Shown piece after piece: positions 28,311-43,341 of a DNA stretch of 64,000 bases; position 1 is the stretch's first letter; each line of letters starts with the position of its first letter. Under the pieces are notes generated by a model. That model was not told the DNA's origin. It made no database searches and saw nothing but the letters and a program-made list of their open reading frames with translations. The position numbers were made by a program, and so were the translations under genes. The DNA comes from the human T2T-CHM13v2.0 reference genome, Homo sapiens: the NCBI RefSeq assembly GCF_009914755.1, contig NC_060932.1, one strand, 5' to 3'.

Positions 28311-30335
28311 ATCAGTGCTCTTATAATGATGAGGATGGTGAGGAGGAGGAGCATTTGAGTGAAAGCAACAACATAGAGGTGCTTCTGGTTCTTACATGGC
28401 AAGTGGTTTGGACACCCCACAGGGAAAGCTCCCCTACATCATCCCAGGACATCTATAAGCCCACAGCCATTCATGGAGGAGAGCGGGAGGGGAAGCTCTC
28501 ACGCTTGTATTGTGAAGCCCACATGGGACAGAGACAAGAGACTCTTTTCACATTAGTAAAATCAATTACAACAAATTATGATTAAAACCTCTATCTAATC
28601 TCCCTAGTAGATTTTTGTGTACATTGAAATTAAAGGCATCACATCTTTCTTTTCTCCCCTCAGTGGGGAGCTATATAGAAAATGCCTAGAATATGGTAAT
28701 AAAATATTTGACTCTGGGAAGGCATCATATTTACATCTCAACAACTACAGAGCAGCAGCTTTAGACATTCTCTCTTCTAATATTTACCTGTTGAGCATCT
28801 GGTATGTGCCTGGATCGGCTAGGCTCTGAAGAAACAATTGTGAGCAAGTTAGATACAGTCTCTTTCAGGAAGTTTAAAATTTGGTGGAAGTTATAAGAAA
28901 AAGAAAACATTAAAACCTCTACTTCTCTTAATTATTTTACAAGTGTTTTTTATTCTTTGAGGACACATATGCCCTAAGTACAGTCAGGACACCTGTAAAT
29001 AAGAAGATGGGGCCACTTTCCCCAGAGCAGGTCTCAGAATCTATAATACTATTAAGAACTCTTCCTAAGCAAAAAGAATCCTATAAAAGCATAGAAATAG
29101 AATATACCCAACTAGTTTATATTTTTGATAGTCATTTATAGTAGAAATGCAAAATATCTGGTAGTCCACAGTTTGTCTGTGAATTCTGAATTCTATGAAA
29201 ATAACGAACAACAGGAAGTTACCAGGAAATTGAACATTTTAAAGGTCATTCTAAGAGATGATAGCACAAAGAGAGCAAAATAAGCAAGACTATAAATGCT
29301 AAATTAATAAAGTCTGAAGAGGAACCATGTGAATTTATCCTTTACATTATCCAGGAGATAAGAGAGAAAATAGAAAGCCTTTCCCAGGAAATAATACTAA
29401 TTGATGATAGCTTGAAAGTAGCTAATTTATTGAACTCATATTTTTAACTCATTTTTAAAGAGTAAATATTCTTAAAATACAAAACATATTTTTCTTAAAA
29501 AAATAGGCATTTAAATTAGAAAAAGGGTAATGTCAGGAAAAACTCATGTTAATGAAAAGCTCTAGTAAATATCTTTGAAACAGAGAACAAGCATGTAGGT
29601 AAAGTTTAGAAAAAATAGAGTTGGAGAGACCCTGTATTGGAGACTTCTTATTCTATGCATGTGGAAATCGAGAGTCAGAATGATGACTTAGTGACTCCAA
29701 GGTCCTATGGCAAGAGAGGTGCAAACCTGAGGTAGAGGCCAGACTGCTATGTTCCCCAACAGAATCCTTAGCTTTTGTGCTGGACCCGTAGGTGCCAATC
29801 TTCAGTCCTAAAGGAAACACCATTCTAGTTTTGCTGAAAATGAGACACAGTGGTCCTTAGGTATGGGGATGATGCAGCACGGAACACCAGTGAAAACTGG
29901 GTTTGGAACTGTCTAGATATCAGCTGCTTACTGTTGAACAGACTTACTGAACAGCCCAGTAGTATTGTTGGGCTTATCAACATATACCCAATGGCCTCAT
30001 CTATGCAACAACCCAGCCTCTTCAATTCTTGTGACATGAGGTGTTCCCTGCTCCCTTGGCTATTGTAGTAGCTTGAGAAATGGGCGTTGGGCTTCAGCTG
30101 GATTAATCAGTGCTTCCACTTCTTAGTCACGGTGATTGTCTTGAGGGATAGACATGCAACCAAGCTTGGTTACTCTCAGTTATTCTCCAGAATCATAATA
30201 ATTATACCTAGGTTATATGGTTTGGATGCTTGTCCCCCTCAAATGTTGTGTTGAAGGGACCTGTTTATTGCACTCATGGCTCTTGAAAAGATCTGTACAC
30301 AGAGTGGCCCCCTAATTTTCCACACTGTATGTACA

Positions 30336-32950
30336 TGCAATAGTAATGTCTGTGCTGCCCCCTCCGAAATTCACGTTGAAATTTAGTCCCCAGCACAGCA
30401 GCAAAACCTTTAGGAGGTCATTAGAGTGCTCATGGATGGGATTAATGCCTTAAAGGGCTGATGGGAAGTAGTCAGCTAGGCTCCTGCTTTTCCCCTTCTG
30501 CCCTTTTGCTGAGTGAGAACATCGAGGCACTTGCCTCTGGAGGATGTAGCAACAAGGCACCATTTTCAAGGTAGAGACTCAGCCCTCACCAGACACTGAA
30601 CCTGCCTGCACCTTGATTATGAACTTCCCAGCCTCCGGATCAGTGAGAAATACATTTCTATTATTTATAAATTATCTAGTCCCAGATGTTTTATGATAGC
30701 AGCACAAACAAACTAAGACAGTAACTGGGACTGAGAAGTAGGGTGTTACTATAACAAATACCTGAAAATGCAGAATTGGCTTTGAAACTGGGTAATGAGT
30801 CAAGGGTGAATGAGTTTTGAGATACCTGCTAGAAAAGGATTGAAAAAGTACTCATTGGATAGGACACTATGCTTATTTCCTGGGTGATGATATAGCATAT
30901 ACACCAAACCCCTGTGACATTCAATTTATCTGTAGAACCAACCTGCACATGTAACCCTGAAACTAAAATAAGAGTTAAAAAAAAAAAGAAAAAAAAGAAA
31001 AAGCTTATATTGCCATGAATGGAGCATTAAAGGCAATTCTGGTGAAGGTTCAAAAGAAGAGAGCTGTAGAGAAGACTAAATCTTCTTAGAGATTATCTAA
31101 GTGTTTGTGATGAGAATGTTGGTAGAAGTATAGGCAGCAATGGCCATTCTGATGACATCTTAGACAGAAATAAAGAATGTCTTACTGGGAACTGGAGAAA
31201 AGGCCATCCTTGTTACAAAGTGGCAACAAACTTGGCTGAATTGTATCCATTCCCTGGGGCTTTGTGGAAGGCAGAATTTAACAGCAATAAACTAGGATAT
31301 TTGGGAGAAGAAATATATAAGCAAAGGGTTGAGGGTGTGGCATGGCATAAGGTGGTTTAACTGGTTGTAGTAAAATGTGAGAAGAGAGAAGCTAAGTAAA
31401 GGGAACATTTATAATCAAAAGGGAAGCAGAACCTAAGGAGCTGGAAAGTTCTCAGCTTGCAAAAAATGAGAAATTATATTCAGGTGAAAACACCAATGAA
31501 TGGGAATAAACCAAGTGCTGTTCATCAGGTCAATGGGAAAATGACCCTGATGGCTCTTCAGAGATGATCAGCATTGCCCCTCCCATTACAAGCCCAGAGT
31601 GCTAAGGCCTGGACAACAGAACGATGTCATAAAAGGGGCTTCAGGTGCCCTTGGAACCTGAGCACTCACTGCCGTCTCCTGCTTCAAGACTGCTCCCAGC
31701 ATTAAGGTGCAGTGCTCATTTTTTTCCCTCTGTGTGGCTTGAGTGGTCCCTGGTGCAGCTTGGGACACACCTCCAAAAGAAACAAGCCATAAACCTTTGT
31801 GGTGTCTCTGCCTGGCCAACTCTCGGTATACAGAGTGAATTACCTATGGAGACATGCTTACCTCCAAGTAGATGTCAAAGGATGTCTCAGAGAGCCTCAG
31901 GGCCCAGGCAGAGGACTGGGGGAGGGGCATGGCCCACATAGAGCATCCTCACGAGGGCTCTGAGGGGATCATGGGGCTCTAGTGGGATCCTGGGGCAGGG
32001 CTACTCTCAAGATGCCAGAGCTATAGAGCTGCCAGTGTGCAACTACAGCCTGGGAAAGCCACAGGCATGTGACTCCAACCCTGGAGAGCTGTCATGTGAA
32101 CTGCACCCAGCAAAGGGGTGGGAGTGGGGCTGCCAGGAGCTTTGAGAGCCAATCCCTACCCCAGTGTGTTCAGAAGGTGGTTCATGGAGGGAAAGAATAT
32201 TTTTCTGAAGAGTTAAGATTTAGTGCTTGCCTTGCTAGGTTCTGGATTTGGATGGAACCTATTACCCCTTTCTTCCTTTCTGTTTCTCCCTTTTGGAATG
32301 GGAATGTCTATCCTATGCCTGACTCACTATTGTATTTTAGAAGAATATAACTTGTTTGATTTCTCAGGCTTACAGCTGAGATAAATTTGCCTCAGGATGA
32401 ATCACACTTTAAGTCTCACCCATATCAGAATTAGATAATATTTAAATGAAAATTTGGACTTAGACTTTAAAGTTGATGCTAGAGGGAATTAAAACTTTGG
32501 AGGTTATGGAATGGATTGAGTGAGTTTTGTTTATGAGAAGGACATACATTTTGGGAGATTTGGGGCAGGATGCTATGGTTTGAAGATTTGCGTCCCTCCC
32601 TAAATTTATGTTGCAGCTTTATCCGCAATGCAACAGTACTAAGGGGCAGAGCCTTTAGTAGTAGGTGATAAGGCCATGAGAGCTCTGATGCTAGGGGATG
32701 GGATTAGAGCGCTTATAAAATGTTTGAAGGGGTGAGGTCATCCTTTTTAACCTCCATCTGTTTTGGCCGTGGGAGGATTATAGTAAAAAGTCACCAACTT
32801 CAAAAAAGAGCAGGCATCACTAGACACCAAACCTCCCTGCATCTTGATCTTGGACCTTCTATCCCCAGCACTGTGAGAAATAAATGTCTATTACTTACAG
32901 ATTACCCAGTCTTAGGTATTTTGTTACTGTAGCACAAATAGACTAAGTTA
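30336..32950 (+). mobile_element. Full-structure MaLR element (MSTD/MLT1A-like): 5' LTR 30336-30720, internal 30721-32570, 3' LTR 32571-32950
   Basis: Two similar LTRs (tgcaatagt...aactaagaca; tgctatggtttga...gactaagtta); internal begins gtaactgggactgagaagtagggtgttactataacaaatacc; purine tract ggggcagga before the 3' LTR. Confidence 0.85.
30838..31000 (+). mobile_element. Very short older L1PA 3' end inside the MaLR internal region
   Basis: cctgggtgatga...accaaacccctgtgac...aacctgcacatgtaaccctgaaactaaaataa plus poly(A). Confidence 0.85.
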
Positions 32951-33986
32951 CTATATACATGCCAAGTAAGGAATTTAGTCTGTATGCTAAAAGTTAAGGA
33001 GATATATTAAATGCATTTTTGACAAAACATGGACACAATACAATTTGAGTTCAGTCTAGGGGATGAAGCAAATATCATATGTTAATTAGTATCATAACTT
33101 TCTCATTACATGATCATAACTTTAAGAGTGTCTCAAACAATACATAGTCCAAGACTTTCAGCTGGTAGATGAGAGATCCAGGACCCAGAAACACACAGTG
33201 TTTTTCAGGTTAAGTTTTTATAAATTGTTAACATAAAAGAATCTAATTTGGTCTCCTGGTTGAGTCATCCATTTACTCCATGGACACGTAAGTTCTATTT
33301 CTGGTGGCAAATCAGGACACTTCTTTGCATTACTTAATTGAAACTTCTTGGCCTAATAATCTTTGGTCAATTTATTTTCAATCTTAACATATATTTTTGT
33401 AGATCCCTTATGTCTTCTGTAAGACTTTTTGAATTAAGAAAGTTATATCACTTTCATTAATTTTCATTAGCAAATGTTTGATTAAGCTACAACTTTAGAG
33501 AAACTTGACTCTGCTGGAATCTGCCGTGGTGAGACTTAATGTTCTTTGACAAAGCAAATAGCTAACAGAACAGTTTTCACTATTTAAGAAAATCTTCAAA
33601 ACAGGCACTGTTTCATTTTAATGTTTGTGAATGGCAGTTTGTCATGGAATTTTAATGGTTCGATTATAACAACCATTTCTAAAATGAATCACAGTTATTA
33701 TCCTTTAAGGTATGGCATAAATTGTTGATTGCAATTGCTTACAGACTTTCCTAAAACAATAATATGTCTACATCATATCTGGAGCATGCTGTTGACTTAA
33801 TAAACTGGGGAAGGGTTATCACAAAACTAAAACAAAAGATGGAATGACAGAGAAAGACTGCTGTAGGAATAAAGATTTACTATTTCCTCAAAGTAAAAAT
33901 TAAACTGAAATTAAAGCAGCAAAAAAGGTAATTTTCACCTTCAAACTTAAAATCTTTATTGCATCTTCCTTTACTAGGGTCTGTGA

Positions 33987-34307
<321 letters not shown>

Positions 34308-35879
34308 TAATGTTTTTAGCTGTGGACCTCTCATTAAGAAATTACCTGTAGTCTCAATAGGAAAAATAGATTAAAGATGGATTTTTTATACATTTGAATC
34401 AAGAGCAAAGGTTTCTGGACATTTTTACCTCAATCTGATCCCCCATTCCCTATCTCCTATTCAATTTGGTATGCCCAAGTCACCAATGAAGGGTATAAAC
34501 TCTGCAGCACTATTCTACTCATCCAACTATTTGACTGAAAATATTAAAACCAGAAAATAGACATGAATTTGCCAATACTTCAAACCTTATTAGTACAAAC
34601 TCTGGACTAGGAAGTCAGGTTTCTTGGAGGTAACAGGGAGAATATTCCATTGTGTTGGCTATTGTCCAAGAATCTTAGGATTTCTCCTACATTCACAATA
34701 TTCTTCTGGAACTTGCAGCCCCTTGATTTCTTATTAAATGCTCGAAAGCCCAGTTATCCTTTGGCTAAAGAAATGAATTGTAGTTATGTGTAGAATCTGC
34801 CTGAAAAGGTGGCTATAATTCAAAAATAATTTGGAAAAATATGAATATCTATTTTTATTTTTACCAAAACCAAAGAAGTCAAGGGAACGGAACATCTAAA
34901 ATAGAAATGGTAAAATTTGAAGAGTTGGAATATTACTTTGTGAGCCAATATTCTAAAGGTAAGTTAATAATCTTCACTTAATCAATTCAAATTATAACCC
35001 TGAGTATCTTTGCCAGAGACAGAGCCTTGTTTTTTGAAGTCAGACTTATCAAATTAATTTATCATCTGCTGAATTGATAAATCAGATTCCTGCTATAATA
35101 CTGCCTTACACATAATCCCACAAATCTTAGTGGCCTACAATAGCAAATATTTGCAGGTCAGTTGCAGTAGGTTTCTTTCAGGCTGTTGGTTGGTATATTC
35201 ACCTGTTTCCCAGGTAGGACAACACTATTGTACATACTGAACATTGCAGGCACCCACACAAACACAAACACACACTTAATGTATTAAGACAAATCCCCTA
35301 AAGAACGAATCATTGAATCAAATATTATGTACTCTAAAATAATGTCAATGGATTATCTTTGAATTGCTTCTCTAATGACTTGGGATTCACCTAGTATTTT
35401 CCTTTTAAATTCTAATATTCCTTACTGACTAATAAATTTGTAACATCAGTCCAACCAATCAATGGCCTTTGGTACATGAAGAGCAAGTAAGGATCCTATA
35501 TTCCTATATATTCAATACAATTTTTTCACTATTATTATTGAGCCATTTCCACCAATAAGCAACTTTTTCTACTCATAGTTTCTAGTTCTCATATGTAGCA
35601 TGCTGGCGTGGGGAGTCATTCATATGTGCCTATCTGCAGAGGTGTGGAGTTTTCTTTCAAGTTTTATGTTTGTTCTCTCTCTCTCTCTCTCTCTCTCCAT
35701 ATTTCTTTTTCTTTTTCTCTTTCCACTATCAAAAGCCCATCAAATAGTGAAAAGGAAACTTAAAAATCAAATTGTCAAAAATTGTATTTATCAGCCTTCA
35801 GTTTCCTTATTTGTTTGATTCTTTTAAGAACAAGAGAAGTGAGTATCCAAAGATTTTCCAGCCCATAGGCTTTTACAAA

Positions 35880-36400
35880 TGCCATTGTCTTTAAAACAAA
35901 AAGATGGGGAAAATCTAACAGTGCAACAACAAATAAACTAATGTAACACTCCATTTTTGTTTAAGGGCCTTTACTCATTCCTCAACACAGGCTAGGATAA
36001 TTTTAGAACACAGAGATAAAATGCAAAAACAGCAATCATATAGTTTTTGAAACTAACTCTGGGATTAAAGAAGAAGTATGTTAACAACTAAAAATGTTTT
36101 GTTGAGTTAATAGGAGCATCATGAACTGACTAAAGACAAAGGTGTTCCCAACCTCCTTGGACCCTCTCTGGTGCCCAGATGTCTGAGATCATCAGTCACC
36201 TCCTGATCCCAACCCGCTCTTTTCCCCCTGTCCTTAACAGAAAAAGAGCCTGAAATTTGTACCAACTTGAGATGCTAGTCCACCATATTCTCAGTTTGTT
36301 GCCTCTGCGACTAAACCTGCTTTTCCTCCCACCAACCCTCATGTCTCAAGTTTTGGCTTTTGAGAGGAGAGCAGCTGGATTGCTGTTGATCCATGTCATG
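35880..36400 (+). mobile_element. Probable ERV1-class solo LTR (family unassigned)
   Basis: LTR-like layout (actccatttttgttt, ggtgcccagatgtct, taaacctgcttttcctcccacca, ttttggcttttgag). Confidence 0.5.
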
Positions 36401-36404
36401 TAAT

Positions 36405-36900
36405 TGTTACCAAACCCCAGGGGTTTGGTCCAAATCCCATTGCTTACCACACAGAAAACCAGTCACCGAAACAATGAGCATCACCAGGAAAGAAAAAAAG
36501 AAAACACTTTATTTTATGAGTAACATCTGCCAGAGAGATTGGAGCCAAATCTCAAATCCGTTTCTCCTCTCTGACAAAAGTTAGGGGTTTACACAACGGA
36601 GAAGGAAGAAAGAGAGGCAGGGAAGTGGAGTTGGTTAACAAGCAGCAGGTGGTCAGATAAGGGCTCTAGTATTTCACTGTAACCACAGGCAGAAAAATAG
36701 AAACTAGAGAGAGATAAGGTAAGGAAGGGGAATTGGTCAATAGGCAGCAGATGTGTCTTATTGCCCAGGTGTGGGGATCCCAGTAGCCTCATCTCCCTAA
36801 TATCATCTGGGAGGCCTGAAAGTCGATTTTCTAAGAAAGGATGTAAGTTTAAAATTGGGCCAGTTTCATCCTGGTTTCTGATCTTCAGTTCTCCAAGCAA
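36405..36900 (-). mobile_element. ERV1-class LTR, MER66-like
   Basis: Begins tgttaccaaaccccaggggtttggtc...acacagaaaaccagtcaccgaaacaatgag...atctcaaatcc. Confidence 0.55.
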
Positions 36901-39352
36901 AGAATTATCTTATTTGGAAAGTTGATTTTGTACCCTAGGTAAGTCCCTTTAGTTTGGGCGCTCAGAGGCTTTCAATATGCTTTTCTCTGTGATGTGGTTA
37001 TCTGATCCTGACCCAGAGACCTGTTGTTTTAAATTTTTTCATTTGTATACTTTAAAAATTTTTCATTTTTAATTTTTGGTGTACATGGTAGATATGTGCA
37101 TTTATGGGGTACATGACATATTTTGAACGGGAATACAGTGCATAATAATCACATAATGAAAAACAGGATATCCATCACCTCAAACACTTACCATTTCTTT
37201 GTCTTACGAACACTGCAATTATACTTTCAGTTATTTTTAAATGTACAATAAATTATTATTGACTGTAAGCACCCCATTGTACCAGACCTTATTCATTCTA
37301 TGTATTTTTTTTAACCTATTAACCATCCCCATTCCCATACCAACTACCATTCCCAGACCTTGGTAATCATCATTCTTTTTTCTTATTATTATACTTTAAG
37401 TCCTGGGATATATGTGCAGAACATGCAGGTTTGTTACATAGGTATACACGTGCCATGGTGCTCTGCTGCACCCATCAACCTGTCATCTACATTAGATATT
37501 TCTGGTAATGCTATCCCTCCCCTAGTCCACCACCCCCCGACAGGCCCTAGTGTGTGATGTTCCCCTCCCTGTGTCCATGTGTTCTCATTGTTCAACTTCC
37601 ACTGCTGAGTGAGAACATGTGGTGTTTGGTTTTCTTTGCCTGTGTCAGTTTGCTGAGAATGATGGTTTCCAGCTTCATCCATGTCCCAGCAAAGGACATG
37701 AACTTATCCTTTTTTTATGGCTGTATAGTATTCCATGGTATATATGTGCCACATTTTCTTTATCCAGCCTATCATTGATGGGCATTTGAGTTGGTTCCAA
37801 GTCTTTGCTGTCATTAATAGTGCTGCAATAAACATGCGTGTGCCTGTGTCTTTATAGTAGAATGGTTTATAATCCTTTGGGTATATACCCAGTAATGAGA
37901 TTGCTGGGTCAAATGGTATTTCTGGTTCTAGATCCTTGAGGAATTGCCACACTGTTTCCACAATGATTGAACTAATTTACACTCCCACCAACAGTGTAAA
38001 AGTGTTCCTATTTCTCCACATCATCTCCAACATCTGTTGTTTTCTTTTTAAATGATCGCCATTCTAACTGGCATGAGATGATATCTCCTTGGGTTTTTAT
38101 TTGCATTTCTCTAATTATCGGTGATGATGAGCTTTTTTTCATGTTTGTTAGCCACATAAATGTCTTCTTTAGAGAAGTGTCTGTTCATATCCTTCGCCCA
38201 CTTTTTGATGGGGTTGTTTTTTCTTGTAAATTTGTTTAAGTCCCTTGTAGATTCTGGATATTAGCCCTTTGTCAAATGGATAGATTGCAAACATTTTCTC
38301 CCATTTTGTAGGTTGCTTGTTCACTCTGATGATAGTTTCTTTTGCTGTGCAGAAGCTCTTTAGTTTAATTAGATCCCTTTTGTCAATTTTGGCTTTTGTT
38401 GCCATTTCTTTTGTTGCCATTTCTTTTGGTGTTTTAGTCATGAAGTGTTTGCCCATGCCTATGTCCTGAATGGTACTGCCTAGGTTTTCTTCTAGGGTTT
38501 TTATAGTTTTAGGTCTTATGTTTAAGTTTTTAATCCATCTTGAGTTAAACTTTGTATAAGGTGTAAGGAAGGGGTCCAGTTTCAGTTTTCTGCATATGGC
38601 TAGCCAGTTTTCCCAACATCATTTTTTAAATAGGGAAGCCTTTCCCCATTGTTTGTTTTTGTCAGGTTTGTCAAAGATCAGATGGTTGCAGATGTGTGGC
38701 ATTATTTCTGAGGCCTCTGTTCTATTCCATTGGTCTGTAGATCTGTTTTGGTACCAATACCATGCTGTTTTGGTATCAGTACCATGCTGTTTTGGTTACT
38801 GTAGACTTGTAGTATAGTTTGAAGTCAGGTAGTGTGATTCCTCCAGCTTTGTTCTTTTTGCTTAGGATTGTCTTGGCTATACGGGCACTTTTTTGGTTCC
38901 ATATGAAATTTAAAGTATTTTTTTCTAATTCTGTGAAGAAAGTCATAATGGTAGCTTGATGGGGATAGCATTGAATCTATAAATTACTTTGGGCAGTATG
39001 ACCATTTTCATGATATTGATTCTTCTTATCCATGAGCATGGAATTTTTTTCCATTTGTTTGTGCCCTTTCTTATTTCCCTGAGCAATGGTTTGTAATTCT
39101 CCTTGAAGAGGTCCTTCACATCCCTTATAAGTTGTATTCCTAGGTATTTTATTCTCTTTGTAGCAATTGTGAATGGGAGTTCATCCATGATTTGGCTGTT
39201 TGTCTGTTATTGGTGTGCAGGAATGCTTGTGATTTTTGCACATTGATTTTGTATCCTGAGACTGAAGTTGCTTATCAGCTTAAGGAGATTTTGGGCTGAG
39301 ACTATGGTATTTCTAAATATACAATCAAGTCATCTGCAAACAGAGACGATTT

Positions 39353-40382
<1,030 letters not shown>

Positions 40383-43295
40383 TTACCCATTCAATATGAT
40401 ACTGGCTGTGGATTTGTCATAAATAGCTCTTATTATTTTGAGATACGTTCCATCGATACCTAGTTTATTGAGAGTTTTTAGCATGAAGGAGTGTTGAATT
40501 TTATTGAAGGCCTTTTCTGTATCTATTGAGGTAATCATGTGGTTTTTGTCATTGGTTCTGTTTATGTGATGGATTACGTTTATTGATTTATATATGTTGA
40601 ACCACCCTTGCATCCCAGGAATGAAGCCAACTTGATCGTAGTGTGTAAGTTTTTTGATGTGCTGCTGGATTAGGTTTGCCAGTATTTTATTGAGGATTTT
40701 TGCATTGATGTTCATTGGGGATACTGGCCTGAAATTTTCTTCTTATTGTTGTGTTTCTGCCAGGTTTTGGTATCAGGATGATGCTGGCTGCATAAAATGA
40801 GTTAGGGAGAAGTCCCTCTTTTTCCATTGTTTGGAATAATTTCAGAAGGAATCGTACCAGCTCCTCTTTGTACCTCTGGTAGAATTTGGCTGTGAAATCA
40901 TCTGTTCCTGGGCTGTTTTTCTTTGGTAGGCTATTAATTACTGCCTCAATTTCATAACTTATGATTGGTCTATTCAGGGATTTGACTTCTTCCTGGGAGG
41001 GTGTATGTGTTCAGGAATTTATCCATTTCTTCTAGATTGTCTAGTTTATTTGCATAGAGGTTTTTCTAGTATTCTCTGATGTTTGTATTTCTGTGGGATC
41101 AGTGGTGGGATCATTTTTTATTGTCTATTTGAATCTTCTCTCTTTTTTATTTGTCTGGCTAGCAGTCTATTTTGTTAACCTTTTTAAAATACCAGCTCCT
41201 GGATTCATTAATTTTTTGAAGGGTTTTTTTTTTGTGTCTCTATCTCCTTCAGTTCTGCTCTGATCTTAGTTATTTCTTGTCTTCTGCTACCTTTTGAATT
41301 TGTTTGCTCTTGCTTCTCTAGTTCTTTTAATTGTGATGTTAGGGTGTTGATTTTAGATCTTTCCCACTTTCTCTTGTGGGTATTTAGTGCTATAAATTTT
41401 CCTCTAAACACTGCTTTAGCTGTGTCCCAGAGATTCTGATATGTTGTGTCTTTGTTCTCATTGGTTTCAAAGAACTTATTTATTTCTGCCTTAATTTCAT
41501 CATTTACCCAGTAGTCATTCAGGAGCAGGTTGTTCAGTTTCCAAGCAAAAGCAAAAGAATGGAAATCATAACAGTTTCTCAGACCACTGTGCAATCAAAT
41601 TAGAACTCTGGAATAAGGAGTCATTATTCTATACTCTATATCTATGAGTTCAATAGTTTTAATTTTTAGCTCCTACAAATGAGTGAGAACGTGTGAATTT
41701 TGTCTTTCTGTGCCTGGCTTGTTTCACTTAATTCCCTCTAGTTCCATCCATGTTGATGCTTTAAATAGCAGGATCTCATTTTTAATGGCTGAATAGTATT
41801 CCATTGTGTATATGTATCACAGTTTATTCATTCATTTGTAGATAGACATTAGGCTGCTTCCAAATCTCAGCTATTATGAATAGTGCTGCAATAAACATGC
41901 GGGTGCAGCTATGTCTTCTATATACTGATTTACTTTCTTCTGGGTATATACATAGAAGTGGGATTATTGGATTATATGATAGCTGTATTTTTAGTTTTTT
42001 AAGGAACCTACATACTGTTCTACATAGTAGCTGTACTAATTTACATTCCCAGCAACAGTGTATGAGTTTTTCCTTTTCTCCATATTCCCACCAGCATTTG
42101 TTATTGCCTGTCTTTTGAATAAAAGCCATTTTAACTAGGGTGAGATGATATTTCATCATAGCCTTGACTTGCATTTCTCTGATAATTAGTACCTTTCATA
42201 TACCTGTTTGCCAGCTGTATATCTTTTTTTGAGAAATGTCTATTCAGATCTTTTGCCCATTTTTGAATCAGATTATTACATTTTTTCCTCTAGAGTTGTT
42301 TGAGCTCTTTATATATTCTGGTTATTAATTATTTGTCAGATAGATTGTTTGCAAATACTTTCTCCCATTCTCTGGGTTGTCTCTTCACTTTGGCGATTAT
42401 TTCCTTTGCTGTGCAGAAGCTTTTTAACTTGATGTGATCCCATTTGTCCATTTTTGCTTTGTTTGCCTGTGCTTGTGGGGTATTACTCAAGAAATTTTTG
42501 CTCAGATCAATGTCCAGGAGAGTTTCTCCAAAGTCTTCATTTGAGGTCTTAGATTTAAGTTTTTTATCCATTTTATTTCATTTTTATATATGGTAACAAA
42601 TAGGAGTCTAGTTTTATTCTTTTGCATGTGGTTATCCAGATTTTCCAACACCATTGATTGAAGAGACTCTCCTTTCCCCAATGTATGTTCTTGGCACATT
42701 TGTTGAAAATGAGTTCACTGTAGATTTATGGATTTATTTCTGTGTTCTCTATTTTGTTCCATTGGTACATGTATCTGTTTTTATGCCAGTACCATGGTGT
42801 TTTGGTTACTACAGCTCTGTAGTATAATTTGAAGTCAGGTAATGTGATTCCTCCAGTATTGTTATTTTTGCTTAGGGTAGCTTTGGCTATTCTGGGTGCT
42901 TTGTGGTTCCATATAAATTTTAGGATTTTTTTCTACTTCTGTGAAGAATGCCATTAGTATTTTGATAGGGATTGCATTGAACCTGTAGATTGTTTTAGTT
43001 AGTATGGACATTGAGGAAAGATTAATTATTCAAATTCATGAAGATAAAATATCTTTCTGTTTTTGGGTCTTTTTCAACTTATTGCATCAATCTTTTATAG
43101 TATTCATTGTAGAAATCTTTCGCTATTGGTTAAGTTTATTCCCAGACATTTTATTTTATTTTTGGCTTTTGCAAATAGGATTATTTCTTGATTTCTTTTT
43201 CAGATTGTTCACTGTTGGCATATAAAAATGCTACTGCTTTTTGTATGTTGATTTTGTTTCCTGTAAATTTACTCAATTTTATTTATCAGTTCCAA

Positions 43296-43300
<5 letters not shown>

Positions 43301-43340
<40 letters not shown>
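43301..43340. repeat. (TG)20 microsatellite
   Basis: Direct reading. Confidence 0.95.

Positions 43341-43341
<1 letters not shown>

Noticed and set aside
28205-28585. 126-aa ORF with a short acidic run
   Set aside because: Begins in a MIR, has no recognisable domain, and its length is compatible with chance.
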